The position numbers and the translations under genes are program-made. A stretch of 64,000 nt of DNA from Nemertoderma westbladi. Lineage: Eukaryota > Animalia > Xenacoelomorpha. The DNA lies in assembly GCA_032718475.1 (NCBI GenBank), contig JAUCBJ010005016.1, positions 124,001-188,000 on the forward strand, read 5' to 3'. Below the pieces are notes generated by a model, which saw only the letters and a list, made by a program, of their open reading frames with translations, was not told the origin of the DNA and ran no database searches. Positions 13,777-23,993 of the stretch are shown here, one piece after another (positions within the stretch are counted from its first letter, which is position 1; every line of letters begins with the position of its first letter).

Positions 13777-14458
13777 ATGGCTGACTTTAATTCAGGTCCA
13801 TATAATTTAAACTTTCAAATGGGTACAAGTATGATAATTTCAGGACCATCTGGTTCTGGAAAATCAACTTTTGTGGGGAATTTAATTAAACACAAGAATG
13901 GTTGTTTCAACGAAGCCCCCTTGCGAGTATTGTATTGTTACGGGAGCAATCCCCCGACTATTCCTGGTATTACTCACCTTTACAAAGGCTTGCCTGAAAA
14001 TATAGATAGTTTAGTGAATAGTCGAGATTTATTAATTATAGATGATTTGTTAACATGAAACTGAGTCCAGTACAGCTTTAACTGTATTGTTTACTAAGGT
14101 AGCTCATCATTCCAATATATTTATTTGTTTTATAACGCAAAACATGTTTTACGGTGGGAAGCATAACCGCACAAGATCAATTAATAGCCATACTTTAGTA
14201 TTAATGAAAAATCCGAGAGACAGTCTATCGGTTTTAAATTTCGCGAAGCAAATGTTACCAGGACAGACCAAATTTTTAGTTGATTCCTATCAAGATGCAA
14301 CAATTGAGCCATTTTCACATTTCTTAATTGATTTACGACAGGAAACACCCGAACATTTAAGATTTAGATCGGATATATTTCGTAATCATAATTGTTACAT
14401 TAAAAATTACATTGACTATAAACGTAGCGAAAATAATAATAATAATAATGATAAATAA
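13777..14458 (+). pseudogene. A32/FtsK-like genome packaging ATPase, frameshifted near 14053
   Basis: Walker A GPSGSGKS and Walker B LLIIDD in 13777-14058; the +1 frame continues HETESSTALTVLFTKVAHH...FITQN...RSINSH...KNPRD. Confidence 0.88.
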
Positions 14459-14468
14459 TTAATATTTT

Positions 14469-14879
14469 GTGACAATTTTCAATAATGTTGCAACAATGAA
14501 TAGACTTGTGCAGAAATATCGTAACGAACTGGAATTTCTACGCAGCGCTACCCCTCAACAAAGAACTTATTTTATTAACCATACCGCCAGTAACGAATTA
14601 ATACGACTCATTGTAAATACTGCATTAAATGTTCTAAAAGGCAATGTACAATTGACCCCTCATTCATTTAGAAATATTCGCCGCTATAAGAAGGTATTGA
14701 AATCACTCAACCGTAAGACAAAAAATATATCAAGTTACAGAAAAAAGTTAAGCAATCAATCTGGAGGCATACTACCGTTTCTAATACCCTTACTCGGCAT
14801 TGGTGCGAAACTAGCCGCGAGTGCCGGTGCCGCTGCCGCTGGGGCTGCTATTGCGAAAAAAATTAACCGTGGACGGTAG
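14469..14879 (+). CDS. Basic virion core protein with adenovirus pX-like C-terminus
   Basis: Lys/Arg-rich body followed by QSGG-ILPFLIPLL and an Ala-rich hydrophobic tail; likely ATG a few codons downstream (MNRLV). Confidence 0.7.
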   Translation: MTIFNNVATMNRLVQKYRNELEFLRSATPQQRTYFINHTASNELIRLIVNTALNVLKGNVQLTPHSFRNIRRYKKVLKSLNRKTKNISSYRKKLSNQSGGILPFLIPLLGIGAKLAASAGAAAAGAAIAKKINRGR

Positions 14880-14885
14880 GTAATA

Positions 14886-15056
14886 ATGGTTAAAACGGGA
14901 GTAACATTTAGAAAATTATATTTAGTATCGAGTAAACCGTTAGCTACTGATTTAAAACCACAAGATATACCTAGAGTAAATACTACAAAAAGAAAACCCT
15001 TTAAAACATCAACTTCGAAGAAAATAATTAAAAAATTTCAGTTGTTCTTACGGTGA
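14886..15056 (+). CDS. Small Lys-rich protein (56 aa), not in the ORF track
   Basis: Manual translation MVKTGVTFRKLYLVSSKPL...KKIIKKFQLFLR*; fills the gap between the pX-like gene and integrase. Confidence 0.4.
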   Translation: MVKTGVTFRKLYLVSSKPLATDLKPQDIPRVNTTKRKPFKTSTSKKIIKKFQLFLR

Positions 15057-15092
15057 TGCCCTTTATAAGAGATTTGAATATACATATTACTT

Positions 15093-16199
15093 GTGGTTGT
15101 CGAAAAGATGCCTCGCAAGATGAAACCGATTTTAAGCCGAAGCTTAGACAAAAAACTGTTAAGAATTTATTTAGATCCTTCATCCCCCGCGGGATTTGCA
15201 AGTGTTGCAAAATTAGCAAAAGCTGCAAACATCAAACCGACGCAAGCCCAGAAATGGTTGAGCGGACAAAAGACATACACCCTTCACGCTCCACGTAGAC
15301 AACATTATCCAACATCTAAAATATTTACGGGAGGCATAAAAGATATATATATGATAGATCTGGTGGATATGCAGCAATATAAGTCGCAAAATAATAATTA
15401 TAACTATATATTAACATGCATTGATGCCTTCAGTCGGCTTGCTTTTGGCTATGCTATGAAAACAAAAAAGGGTGATGAAATTATTAGTATATTGCAAAAA
15501 ATATTCCAGAAAGGAAAACCAAACAGAATCGCCACGGATCAAGGGTCTGAGTTTCTAAATAAATCTGTAAGGAAATATTTAGATACGTTAGGTATACAGT
15601 ATTACGTAATGTATTCTGTGAATAAGGCGGCTATTGTCGAGAGATTTAACAGAACCTTAAAAACAAAGATGTTCAAAATTTTCACGCAAAGGGGAAATAA
15701 TATTTGGATAAAAATTTTACCTAAGCTTATCTCGGCTTATAATAGGTCGTATCATAGAACAATACAAATGACACCTATTGAAGTTAATAAATTTAATGAA
15801 ACTGAATTAATGAATAGATTATATGGGAAATATAGACAGATAAATCACAAGAAAATAAAATTTAAAGTTGGAGATACAGTACGATTATCTATTGCTCGTA
15901 CTGCTTTTGCTAAAGGCTATCGAGAACAATGGACACGTGAATTATTTATTATTCATCGAGTCAGGTTGGATAGAGTACCAGCGGTAATGTTCGATATTAA
16001 GGACAGCACCGGAGCTATAATAAAGGGCTCATTTTATTCTCACGAACTCCAAAAGGTTCACCCGAATAGTAATATTTATCTAGCAATTGACCAAAAAAAT
16101 ATTGACAAACTTAAAGAACGTGTACGCAATGGGAAGAAAGAATATTTAGTCCGATTCATCGGATCCAAGAAACAGTCCTGGGTACAGCATATTCAATAA
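15093..16199 (+). CDS. Retroviral-type (rve) DDE integrase with C-terminal chromodomain-like segment
   Basis: IDLVD, TDQGSEF, VERFNRTLK catalytic motifs; FAKGY..QWT.ELF; C-terminal KEYLVRFIG...SWV. Likely ATG at 15108. Confidence 0.95.
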   Translation: MVVEKMPRKMKPILSRSLDKKLLRIYLDPSSPAGFASVAKLAKAANIKPTQAQKWLSGQKTYTLHAPRRQHYPTSKIFTGGIKDIYMIDLVDMQQYKSQNNNYNYILTCIDAFSRLAFGYAMKTKKGDEIISILQKIFQKGKPNRIATDQGSEFLNKSVRKYLDTLGIQYYVMYSVNKAAIVERFNRTLKTKMFKIFTQRGNNIWIKILPKLISAYNRSYHRTIQMTPIEVNKFNETELMNRLYGKYRQINHKKIKFKVGDTVRLSIARTAFAKGYREQWTRELFIIHRVRLDRVPAVMFDIKDSTGAIIKGSFYSHELQKVHPNSNIYLAIDQKNIDKLKERVRNGKKEYLVRFIGSKKQSWVQHIQ

Positions 16200-16439
16200 G
16201 CTTAGGTTTATACTGTATATTAATTCATTTTGATCGCATATGACCGTAATTAATCAATAATATTAACTCGAATGATATTACTATATCTATAGTTCATCCG
16301 CTTTAAATAAAGCCAGTAAAATATTGATCCCACACATATACTGTAGAAGATGCTGGCAATGAACGTGGTCACAGATGTCTATAATTTAACATTATACTGT
16401 ATGTACAAAGGAGTCAAGTAGAGAGAGCGAGCTTTAATA

Positions 16440-17312
16440 ATGGCCACAGATACATATATCACTCTACTGTCAGATAGCTCATTGAACACTTATCCCAATA
16501 ATAATCCTAGTGAGTTTACTGTTGATTTAGCCGAAGAATTATATATTGGTTCAAATGCCAAAATTGGACTTGCCGAACTTCAATACCAAGCAACATACAG
16601 TAATATTACGCTGCAAACTCAAATTTCGCTGTCAATCGGAGTAGATGCAAAAGATGCCAAATTATATAGTTTATTTCCTGGTATGCATAACTCTATTCAA
16701 GTGATTATTGATGATATAAATAAACTGTTTAATTCTGAAGCGAAATATAGAGATTTCGAATTCATTTTTAATACAAATAATTCTAGAATTAAATTTAAAT
16801 TTCCTAAAAAGTTGAAAAAAAAACAATTAAGTCTACGGGGCGATTTAATACAAATTCTAGGCTTAAAACCGTTATTGGATCGGAATCATCCGGATATTCC
16901 GAATTGGGATATATACAGTACCACTACAGTAGATGAATTAAGCAATATAGAACAGCCGATATTAATTTTAAATTATAGCGGGCCAAAAATTTCGGAAATT
17001 GGCATTTTAGATTTTCCAGCTCCCACAAATATAACACGTAATAAAGACACTATCTTTATATACACAGATATTATTAAGAGCTCATTTGTTGGCGACGCTT
17101 TAGCTCCGCTCTTAAGAACCTGCCCTTTAACGCAATTAAATCGAAAATATATTAATCACGAATACGAGAGCATTTGCTATTTCCCATTGTTGAATAAAAA
17201 ACTAAAAACAATCTTAATTACTTTACGTGACGGCCAAGGCCAATTAATTAACTTCAGCGGAGGTCGCACTGTTATAACACTTAAGTTAATATGGGGTGGC
17301 GGTGATGGATGA
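16440..17312 (+). CDS. Minor capsid protein (penton, single jelly roll)
   Basis: YITLLSDSS..YPNN..SEFTVDL N-terminus; IFIYTDII..SFVGD...PLLR and ITLRD..G..INF motifs typical of Polinton minor capsids. Confidence 0.88.
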   Translation: MATDTYITLLSDSSLNTYPNNNPSEFTVDLAEELYIGSNAKIGLAELQYQATYSNITLQTQISLSIGVDAKDAKLYSLFPGMHNSIQVIIDDINKLFNSEAKYRDFEFIFNTNNSRIKFKFPKKLKKKQLSLRGDLIQILGLKPLLDRNHPDIPNWDIYSTTTVDELSNIEQPILILNYSGPKISEIGILDFPAPTNITRNKDTIFIYTDIIKSSFVGDALAPLLRTCPLTQLNRKYINHEYESICYFPLLNKKLKTILITLRDGQGQLINFSGGRTVITLKLIWGGGDG

Positions 17313-17700
17313 GTTCTACGTTAGACTACCAAGTAATTCCTGTCCGATTGATTTTCCCCGCAATAGCGCTAGTAATGATGTAACGCTAGTAATGACGCTA
17401 GTAACAGATGGAACATATATTTTTGAGTATACTCAATTAATGAAGAACATTAATACATATATTAACGGTTATGGAGGTAATAATATAGACCATGAAACCT
17501 ACTTAGGTAATTGTCCCCTTCTATCCTGGGACTTAACCACCGACGGCTATGTTAGAGATCCACAACCCTCAATATATACTAACGGTCAATTAAAATTAAG
17601 ATTTTCCGAACCGTTGGTTGAAACCATAAATGTAATTGTTTTTAATATTTATGATCAATCATTAAGTTTAAATAGCAGGAAAGAAATACATATCGATTAA
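17305..17700 (+). pseudogene. In-frame deletion fusion: N-terminus of a second penton-like gene joined to the C-terminus of the major capsid protein
   Basis: MDEFYVRLPSNS..FPRNSAS resembles the penton N-terminus; WDLTTD...GQLKLRFSEPL.ETINVIV resembles the Polinton MCP C-terminus; triplicated CGCTAGTAA at the junction. Confidence 0.7.
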
Positions 17701-17702
17701 GT

Positions 17703-18155
17703 ATGTTATCTACAGAGGACCTTGATATGTTTCCAGTGGGTGGTCACTATTTGGGTGCGTTTCCGGCTAATAAATTACCTAAATTAGATAATAATAAGCG
17801 GCGGGAATATGGCTTGATAGTAAACACTGATAAACAACATCTGCCGGGGATTCATTGGATCGCAATATATATACGAGATAATGAGGCCGAAGTATTTGAT
17901 TCGTTTGGACCAAAATATCCAAACAGATGCATCGAAAAATGGCTTGAGAAAAATTCCACAAGGTGGCGTACTACACGCAAACAATTTCAAGACCCTCGAA
18001 GGACCACATGCGGTCTGTACTGTCTCTATTATTTGGTAAATCGTATTCACACAATCTATCCAATGAGAGCGTTTACAAATAATGTGGAAATCAATGAAAT
18101 TATATTATATAAATGGCTTGTTAATTATTATAAATTAAACCAACAAACTTTGTAA
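17703..18155 (+). CDS. Adenain-like cysteine maturation protease
   Basis: IVNTD...GIHWIAI, FDSFG and Q...TTCGLYC provide His/Asp/Gln/Cys catalytic residues. Confidence 0.93.
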   Translation: MLSTEDLDMFPVGGHYLGAFPANKLPKLDNNKRREYGLIVNTDKQHLPGIHWIAIYIRDNEAEVFDSFGPKYPNRCIEKWLEKNSTRWRTTRKQFQDPRRTTCGLYCLYYLVNRIHTIYPMRAFTNNVEINEIILYKWLVNYYKLNQQTL

Positions 18156-18190
18156 TTAATCATTTAGCTTGCTTTTGTTTATCAGATAAA

Positions 18191-18781
18191 ATGGATAATA
18201 TTATTTTTGTTGATTTTCAATACTATAAGATAGACAATAAGGAGTATCCGGTAGTATTTAAAGAATTTGCAATATACGATTCTAATTACACCAAAACTAA
18301 TGTAAAGACGTTTTTAATTAAAGGCCCCCCTAATATTAAGTTGTCGGCTTTAGATGTAGCTCACGTAAACAATTTACGTGATATGGGTTCTCACTTGCCC
18401 TGGGACTACGGTGACATTTCTCAAGATGACTTTATAAAATATATGAAGAGACATTTAAAATATAAAAAAAACATTCATGTATTTGGGTTGATGAAGCGGG
18501 CAATATTAGTTTCCCAACTCGATGTTCTCGAACCAAATTCGGTGGAGAAATTGGGAATATATAAGCAATATCACGATTATTTAACACCTTGTCGATTTCA
18601 CGACCGAATCACTACAGTATGCGCGTTCCACTTAAACATAAGGGATAACTGTCTGCGATACTGCTCAGCAAAACGTGTTGGTTGGTTTGAGGCTCTACAC
18701 TTTTTCATGAGAAAGCGTTTAACTGCGGCTGATGATGATGATAAACAGAAAGAAATAACTGCGGTGGAAGATGTACTGTAG
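18191..18781 (+). CDS. Polinton accessory protein, possibly a DEDD/DnaQ-like fold with a C-terminal Cys/His cluster
   Basis: IFVDFQ...KEFAI, LPWDYG, and CAFH...C motifs. Confidence 0.5.
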   Translation: MDNIIFVDFQYYKIDNKEYPVVFKEFAIYDSNYTKTNVKTFLIKGPPNIKLSALDVAHVNNLRDMGSHLPWDYGDISQDDFIKYMKRHLKYKKNIHVFGLMKRAILVSQLDVLEPNSVEKLGIYKQYHDYLTPCRFHDRITTVCAFHLNIRDNCLRYCSAKRVGWFEALHFFMRKRLTAADDDDKQKEITAVEDVL

Positions 18782-19540
18782 GTTTACTCTAAGCATATAA
18801 TGTAATGTAATGTGATGGGATAATATAATTGTTTTAATGTCAATAAAAATAATAAAAACATTAAAATCTATTTTTTTATATCTCAGTTTACACACACACA
18901 CACACCCTGCACCTACCGGTAGCCGGCGGTTGTATCAGAGTTTAACTGTAGAACGACAGAATGGCCCCCGACAGTAACCACAGAGCTTTAGCGTTACCGG
19001 TACCATAGTTACTAATAATAAAATTAAATTAAGTTGAGATGCGGGGTTTGTGAATACAGCATTAGAGGAGGCCTACCTAACAATAGGGCTACTGGTACCG
19101 ACACGCTAGCATTCTTGTACCTGTATACTTGGATAGCATAAGAGCATGCCGGTTTTTTGATTTAAGGATTAGGCTATTACACTTGAATGCTTCCAATTTT
19201 CTGTTTACAACTTTAATTGGTCTAATCTACATTACTGCGTGCTACTGTTGCATAGGTAAGCCTATACAGCTATAGTTAACTTTATGCGGGGCCCTTTTTC
19301 GTATGTTGACCCAATATGGTTTACGGATAGGTAAGGTATTATTATTATTATTGTTTATTGACAATTCTATTATTGTAGAGTTAATATACACCATAATACA
19401 CAAATCAAAAAATATAAATACAAATTTAAAGTTCAATTATGGGCACAGTAGTCACCAGTTTAAATTCTAGAATAGTCCAATACTCAATCATATATAATTA
19501 TATAGTATTCAATAATACACAGAAGTAATTAAACGATATT

Positions 19541-22500
19541 TCATGCATATATATCCAAAACGTTATATATATATCTACATAATGTTACGTAATCTGCATT
19601 AGAGTTTAACAATACATCTAAGCACGACATATTTAACACTTTCCTAGCTTCTAAACGTAGGCATTCGGATAGACGGCAATGCAGCAGCACATGAGCTTCG
19701 GTCTGTATAGAGACATTGTCACACGGACAAATGCGCATGTCTCTGGGTTTTCTGGACCAACGCCCCGTCTCTACTGCCAAACGGTGTGACATTAACCGAA
19801 GTCTACTGAATGCTAGCCTATAGAAGTCTGGGACATATGGAATTCTACAATTATACAAAGGATGTGGTTGTAACATCTTATTTATTTCACTACGGTATGT
19901 CATAAATTTCGTTGAAGATACCGGTTTACTATTAATTTTAGTAACTGTTTGCAATGAAGGATCACACTTTTCACTAAATTTAGCAGACGACAAAAGAAGT
20001 TTGTAACCAGGAGTATTCGCATCTCTGCAGATCTGATAGACTTTGTGAAATGGAATAGTCATATCCAGATCCACATCCTTGAACATTTTTTTAATAAATC
20101 TTTTCCTAGCACGTAATATGTAAAAATCAAGATTTGGTGCACCAATATCTAAAAGACATAAATCAATAGGCGTTTGCACTCTAACCCCTAGCAGGGTTTT
20201 TACCATACGAGTGTAGTACTTCGAAGCTGCTTTTATATTATTTGTTAGCCAGGCTTCACATCCATACAGTAAGCCAGAAAGAACCGCAGCTTCAAAGACT
20301 TGTTTTTTAATATAAAAAGACATATTAGTATTTGCCGCACAAAATATGGCAAATTTGTTTGCAGATTCTTCCCACTTTTTTTGTTGCAAAGCGAGGCTAG
20401 TATTAACATTTCCCTCTGATGTAAAATATACTCCTAAATATAAGTAACTAGAACAGTGTTGTACTGTAACATTTTCAATTATATTCTGAAACGCAATTTT
20501 GTCTCGTTTTTCACCGTTTATTACAAAGAATTTGGTCTTTTTTTCATTAACCAACATGCCAGACAATTTACAGAAGTTGTTAAGAGCTTGCAGTTTCAAA
20601 ATTGCATTTGCACGGGTAGTTGCAAAAATGACGGTATCATCCATCAATAATAAAACATGAAGTGAACCTAAAAATCCATCACGAGCAACGGCGGATTTAA
20701 TCATGGCTACCATTCTATCTATATATATACAGAAAAGTGTACTGCTAGTCGGAGCCCCCTGACGCACTCCTATTAATGTAATAATTATTGCATTTTTCAG
20801 TATATTTTTGGTACAAATATAGGCCGCTTTTAAGGCCAATAGCATAATCTTACCACAACCTAGTGATTTTAAATGTTCCAAAAGCAAATCTCTAGGGATT
20901 CGGTCGTATGCCTTACTAAAGTCAATGAATATGACATAAAGTTTTTCCGACTTAAAAAGGGCATAATCGATTATTAATCGTAGAGTAACAATATTTTCTG
21001 TACAGCCACGGCCTGGCTGTCCACCAGCCTGACATTTATCAATGTTACACCAACGCATAAGTCTTGCATTTAACATTAGATCATATACTTTCGCTAACGT
21101 TGTCATAATCGATATGCCCCTGTAATTACCGCATAACATTCGGCAACCTGATTTAAATATAATAATAAGTTTACTATCTCGCCATGATATTGGGTACCAA
21201 TTAAAATTGAAAATAATATTAAATATAGATAAAAAGAACAACAACCAGTTTCCCGGGAGTGACAGAAAAATACCAAGTGAAATCCCGACATAACCTTTGT
21301 TTGGTTTCATGTTAGACATTGCTTCACTTAATTCGCGTTCTGTAAAAGGGTCATCTAAACAAGGGACATAGGGTGCCGTATCAACATCAATCAGCTCTGT
21401 AGGCGAAGTCAATGTAGAATCACCAAGAAGATTCTCAAAGTGGTTCTTAAAACAAGCATCCGTTGGTTGCTGTGTAGTTTTCGTTGACCCGACATCATCT
21501 AGTAAACCTTTCCAGTTAACCGCATTCCAAATTACCTGTATATTACCATTATTTACCAACCGTTCCCACCGAGAATCACCAATTAAGGGTGTCAGTTCAG
21601 ATTTGAGGGGACAAACACGAGCTGCCATATCAATGATATTCTGGCTGTCTATAATGCACCGACTGAAAGGAGTTACTGAATCAAGATTTATTGAGGGGGG
21701 GTCCACCAATGATAGGTAATCATGAAATTTTTCGCAGTCCGTTACTTTGTGAGAGATACCTCTATGAATCGAACTGTGTACTGGAGCTGTATCAGAATGA
21801 GATTTAGGCATACCCAATGTCTCTGATCGGGAGATCAACATCGGGATACAATAACACGACTTCGGATCCACACTAACCTCAACTGTCAGTGGCGCATGAT
21901 CAGAAAGGGAAGATATTGACTGCCAGATTTCTAATGAGCGAATTAATGGTAAGCACAATGGACTGGCTATAGCAATATCCAACTCAGATTTCCACTTCTT
22001 TCCCTGTCTATAAGATAAATTTCCACCAAGTTGTATATCATTGACATTATGTAGGTGATTTAAGACGACGGAATTGGTCGCTTGGCAAATATTAACCAAC
22101 CTCTTTCCCATTGTATTAACAACATTATCCTTAATTTCCCGATATACTGCCGGTTCCATGTACCCATCATGTACAATAGACAGGTCTGGTGAACCCACCC
22201 TGGCATTCAAATCTCCAAACAGAATAACCCTAGAATATTCAAGAAGTTTACTATGAATGGAAGCAAACTGACAGTCCATGAAATACGGGGAATCATGAGG
22301 GGGAACATAAATACCACCTAAAAGTACTCCCGGGAGTAGTGAGGTTGTGAACCATATCTGGCCTTCAACTGACAGATCAATGCTGCATATGTAAGTAGTT
22401 ATACCATGTTTAACTAACATAACTATACCTCCTCTATGTGGATCTCTACTTATATTAGAATAAGTACGAAATCCAGGTACACTGAGCGGAATACTTGTTT

Positions 22501-22633
22501 TAACTTCACTGATAAACACTAGATCATAGTTTATTAAGAACTGCAGAACAGCTGGGTTCAATAGTTTATCTTTTACACCACACACGTTCCATGATAAAAC
22601 ACTCAGTAAGTTTTCTGTACACGGACTCTGCAC
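19541..22633 (-). CDS. LINE ORF2: APE endonuclease + reverse transcriptase + C-terminal Cys/His motif
   Basis: SWNVCG, GDLNAR, SDHAP (APE); NYRGIS, FIDFSKAYD, GVRQG, LLMDD, YLGV (RT); RLAVETGR..ICPC..HVLLHC. Confidence 0.96.
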   Translation of the reverse strand: MQSPCTENLLSVLSWNVCGVKDKLLNPAVLQFLINYDLVFISEVKTSIPLSVPGFRTYSNISRDPHRGGIVMLVKHGITTYICSIDLSVEGQIWFTTSLLPGVLLGGIYVPPHDSPYFMDCQFASIHSKLLEYSRVILFGDLNARVGSPDLSIVHDGYMEPAVYREIKDNVVNTMGKRLVNICQATNSVVLNHLHNVNDIQLGGNLSYRQGKKWKSELDIAIASPLCLPLIRSLEIWQSISSLSDHAPLTVEVSVDPKSCYCIPMLISRSETLGMPKSHSDTAPVHSSIHRGISHKVTDCEKFHDYLSLVDPPSINLDSVTPFSRCIIDSQNIIDMAARVCPLKSELTPLIGDSRWERLVNNGNIQVIWNAVNWKGLLDDVGSTKTTQQPTDACFKNHFENLLGDSTLTSPTELIDVDTAPYVPCLDDPFTERELSEAMSNMKPNKGYVGISLGIFLSLPGNWLLFFLSIFNIIFNFNWYPISWRDSKLIIIFKSGCRMLCGNYRGISIMTTLAKVYDLMLNARLMRWCNIDKCQAGGQPGRGCTENIVTLRLIIDYALFKSEKLYVIFIDFSKAYDRIPRDLLLEHLKSLGCGKIMLLALKAAYICTKNILKNAIIITLIGVRQGAPTSSTLFCIYIDRMVAMIKSAVARDGFLGSLHVLLLMDDTVIFATTRANAILKLQALNNFCKLSGMLVNEKKTKFFVINGEKRDKIAFQNIIENVTVQHCSSYLYLGVYFTSEGNVNTSLALQQKKWEESANKFAIFCAANTNMSFYIKKQVFEAAVLSGLLYGCEAWLTNNIKAASKYYTRMVKTLLGVRVQTPIDLCLLDIGAPNLDFYILRARKRFIKKMFKDVDLDMTIPFHKVYQICRDANTPGYKLLLSSAKFSEKCDPSLQTVTKINSKPVSSTKFMTYRSEINKMLQPHPLYNCRIPYVPDFYRLAFSRLRLMSHRLAVETGRWSRKPRDMRICPCDNVSIQTEAHVLLHCRLSECLRLEARKVLNMSCLDVLLNSNADYVTLCRYIYNVLDIYA

Positions 22634-22642
22634 CCCTAGCCC

Positions 22643-23494
22643 CTAAAATAGGGGACAGGTGTATCTGTCAATCACTATATCTTCCCTGAGTACGACTTTA
22701 CGTTTGTAATCGTAGGTTATGGTAATACCTTGATTTTCGGGACGGGATCGCTCCTCTCGAACCCGTTGACGCAACCGCGCTTCTTCCTTCCGCACAAGAG
22801 GGTGCACATCTCTCTTTACATATATACCACTGAAAACACCTTGTGCAGTTTTCAGATTCTTGGCCGCGAGCATCAACTTTTTACGCATATCATACTTCGG
22901 AACTTGAACTAGTATCGGGCGGCTTCGGTTACTATCCGGTTTCAGCTGACCTAAACGTTTAACTGACCAACCCATAACATCATCTATAAGCTCGTCAACC
23001 TTCATAGCCCGCAAAGTGTTCTTTATCTTCTCCACATCATCTTCGCCAACCTCCCCGGTTCCCTCGGGAATTCCAGAGAATATTAGGTTAGCCTGACGTT
23101 TTTCTGAGTCAATTCGGTCAAGATAAGCTTGTTGTCTGTTTATAATTGCGTATGCGCCATCCAGTTTATTGGACAGCTCTTTGACCTCCTGTTTCAAGGT
23201 ACCAACCTGGCGAACTTCTTCGCGTAAAAGCTTCAATTCCTCTAAGATACGTTGGCTGACATCGGAAGATATGGGTGCATCAATGCCTCCACCAGATCCA
23301 TCACGATACAGACCTAAGGCCTGTTTTAGTTGGGTATTTGACATTTTATTAATCTGTCCTTGTGTCAGCGTTTTCAACGAATCCACAGTTAACTCTAACG
23401 ATGCTGCAGAACGCCTAGCTTTTCCGACCTGGCTCCCAGGGAGTCCACCATCGTTTTGCATAATTCTGACAGTAGGCCTACTGCAGTACAGCAC
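22643..23494 (-). CDS. LINE ORF1 (coiled coil + RRM-like); likely ATG at 23461
   Basis: Heptad-rich segment, then NLIFSGIPE, RLG, RPILV, IYVKRD; directly upstream of ORF2. Confidence 0.88.
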   Translation of the reverse strand: MLYCSRPTVRIMQNDGGLPGSQVGKARRSAASLELTVDSLKTLTQGQINKMSNTQLKQALGLYRDGSGGGIDAPISSDVSQRILEELKLLREEVRQVGTLKQEVKELSNKLDGAYAIINRQQAYLDRIDSEKRQANLIFSGIPEGTGEVGEDDVEKIKNTLRAMKVDELIDDVMGWSVKRLGQLKPDSNRSRPILVQVPKYDMRKKLMLAAKNLKTAQGVFSGIYVKRDVHPLVRKEEARLRQRVREERSRPENQGITITYDYKRKVVLREDIVIDRYTCPLF

Positions 23495-23993
23495 AGCAGT
23501 ATGACTACAGCAGTACAGTAGGCGGTAGGCCGCAGTCAGTTAAGTTTGGTACACCTTCATTCAGTTAGGCATATAGGCCTAATGACTACACCTCAACTGA
23601 AAGCTGAATACCTCACAGACACAATAGGTGTAGTTAGGTACCGGTAGCGCTATTGGACCTATAAAATCCCCTCGCACTCTCTGTTACTAACTTTCAACAT
23701 TCACTTTATGTTGTATGCTATACCGTTAACTTTTAGTCAGGAACCCCATCATTCAACCAGTCATATAATGGCTCCACGCGGATACAATAGGTGTGGCCCG
23801 CAGTATACCTAACTAAGCCTATATAAAATCCACCCCATTCTCTGTTACTAACATTCACTCTATGTTGACAGGAGGGACTATATAAAACATAGTTAATTTA
23901 TTTATGTTTAATAAATTTATAACAATAACTGATAGGTCTAACAATAACAATAACAACAACCCTAAATTTATTACTGTATTAGGTCTATACTTT

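Larger units (their letters stand above)
19337..23520 (-). mobile_element. Two-ORF non-LTR retrotransposon (LINE) nested in the Polinton; 5' boundary approximate
   Basis: ORF1 + ORF2 on the minus strand; AATAAA (19354-19359, minus) followed by an (AAT)n tail ending about 19337; no TSD found. Confidence 0.88.

Noticed and set aside
18890-18905. (CA)n tract as an element boundary
   Set aside because: Ordinary short microsatellite with no TSD or associated structure.
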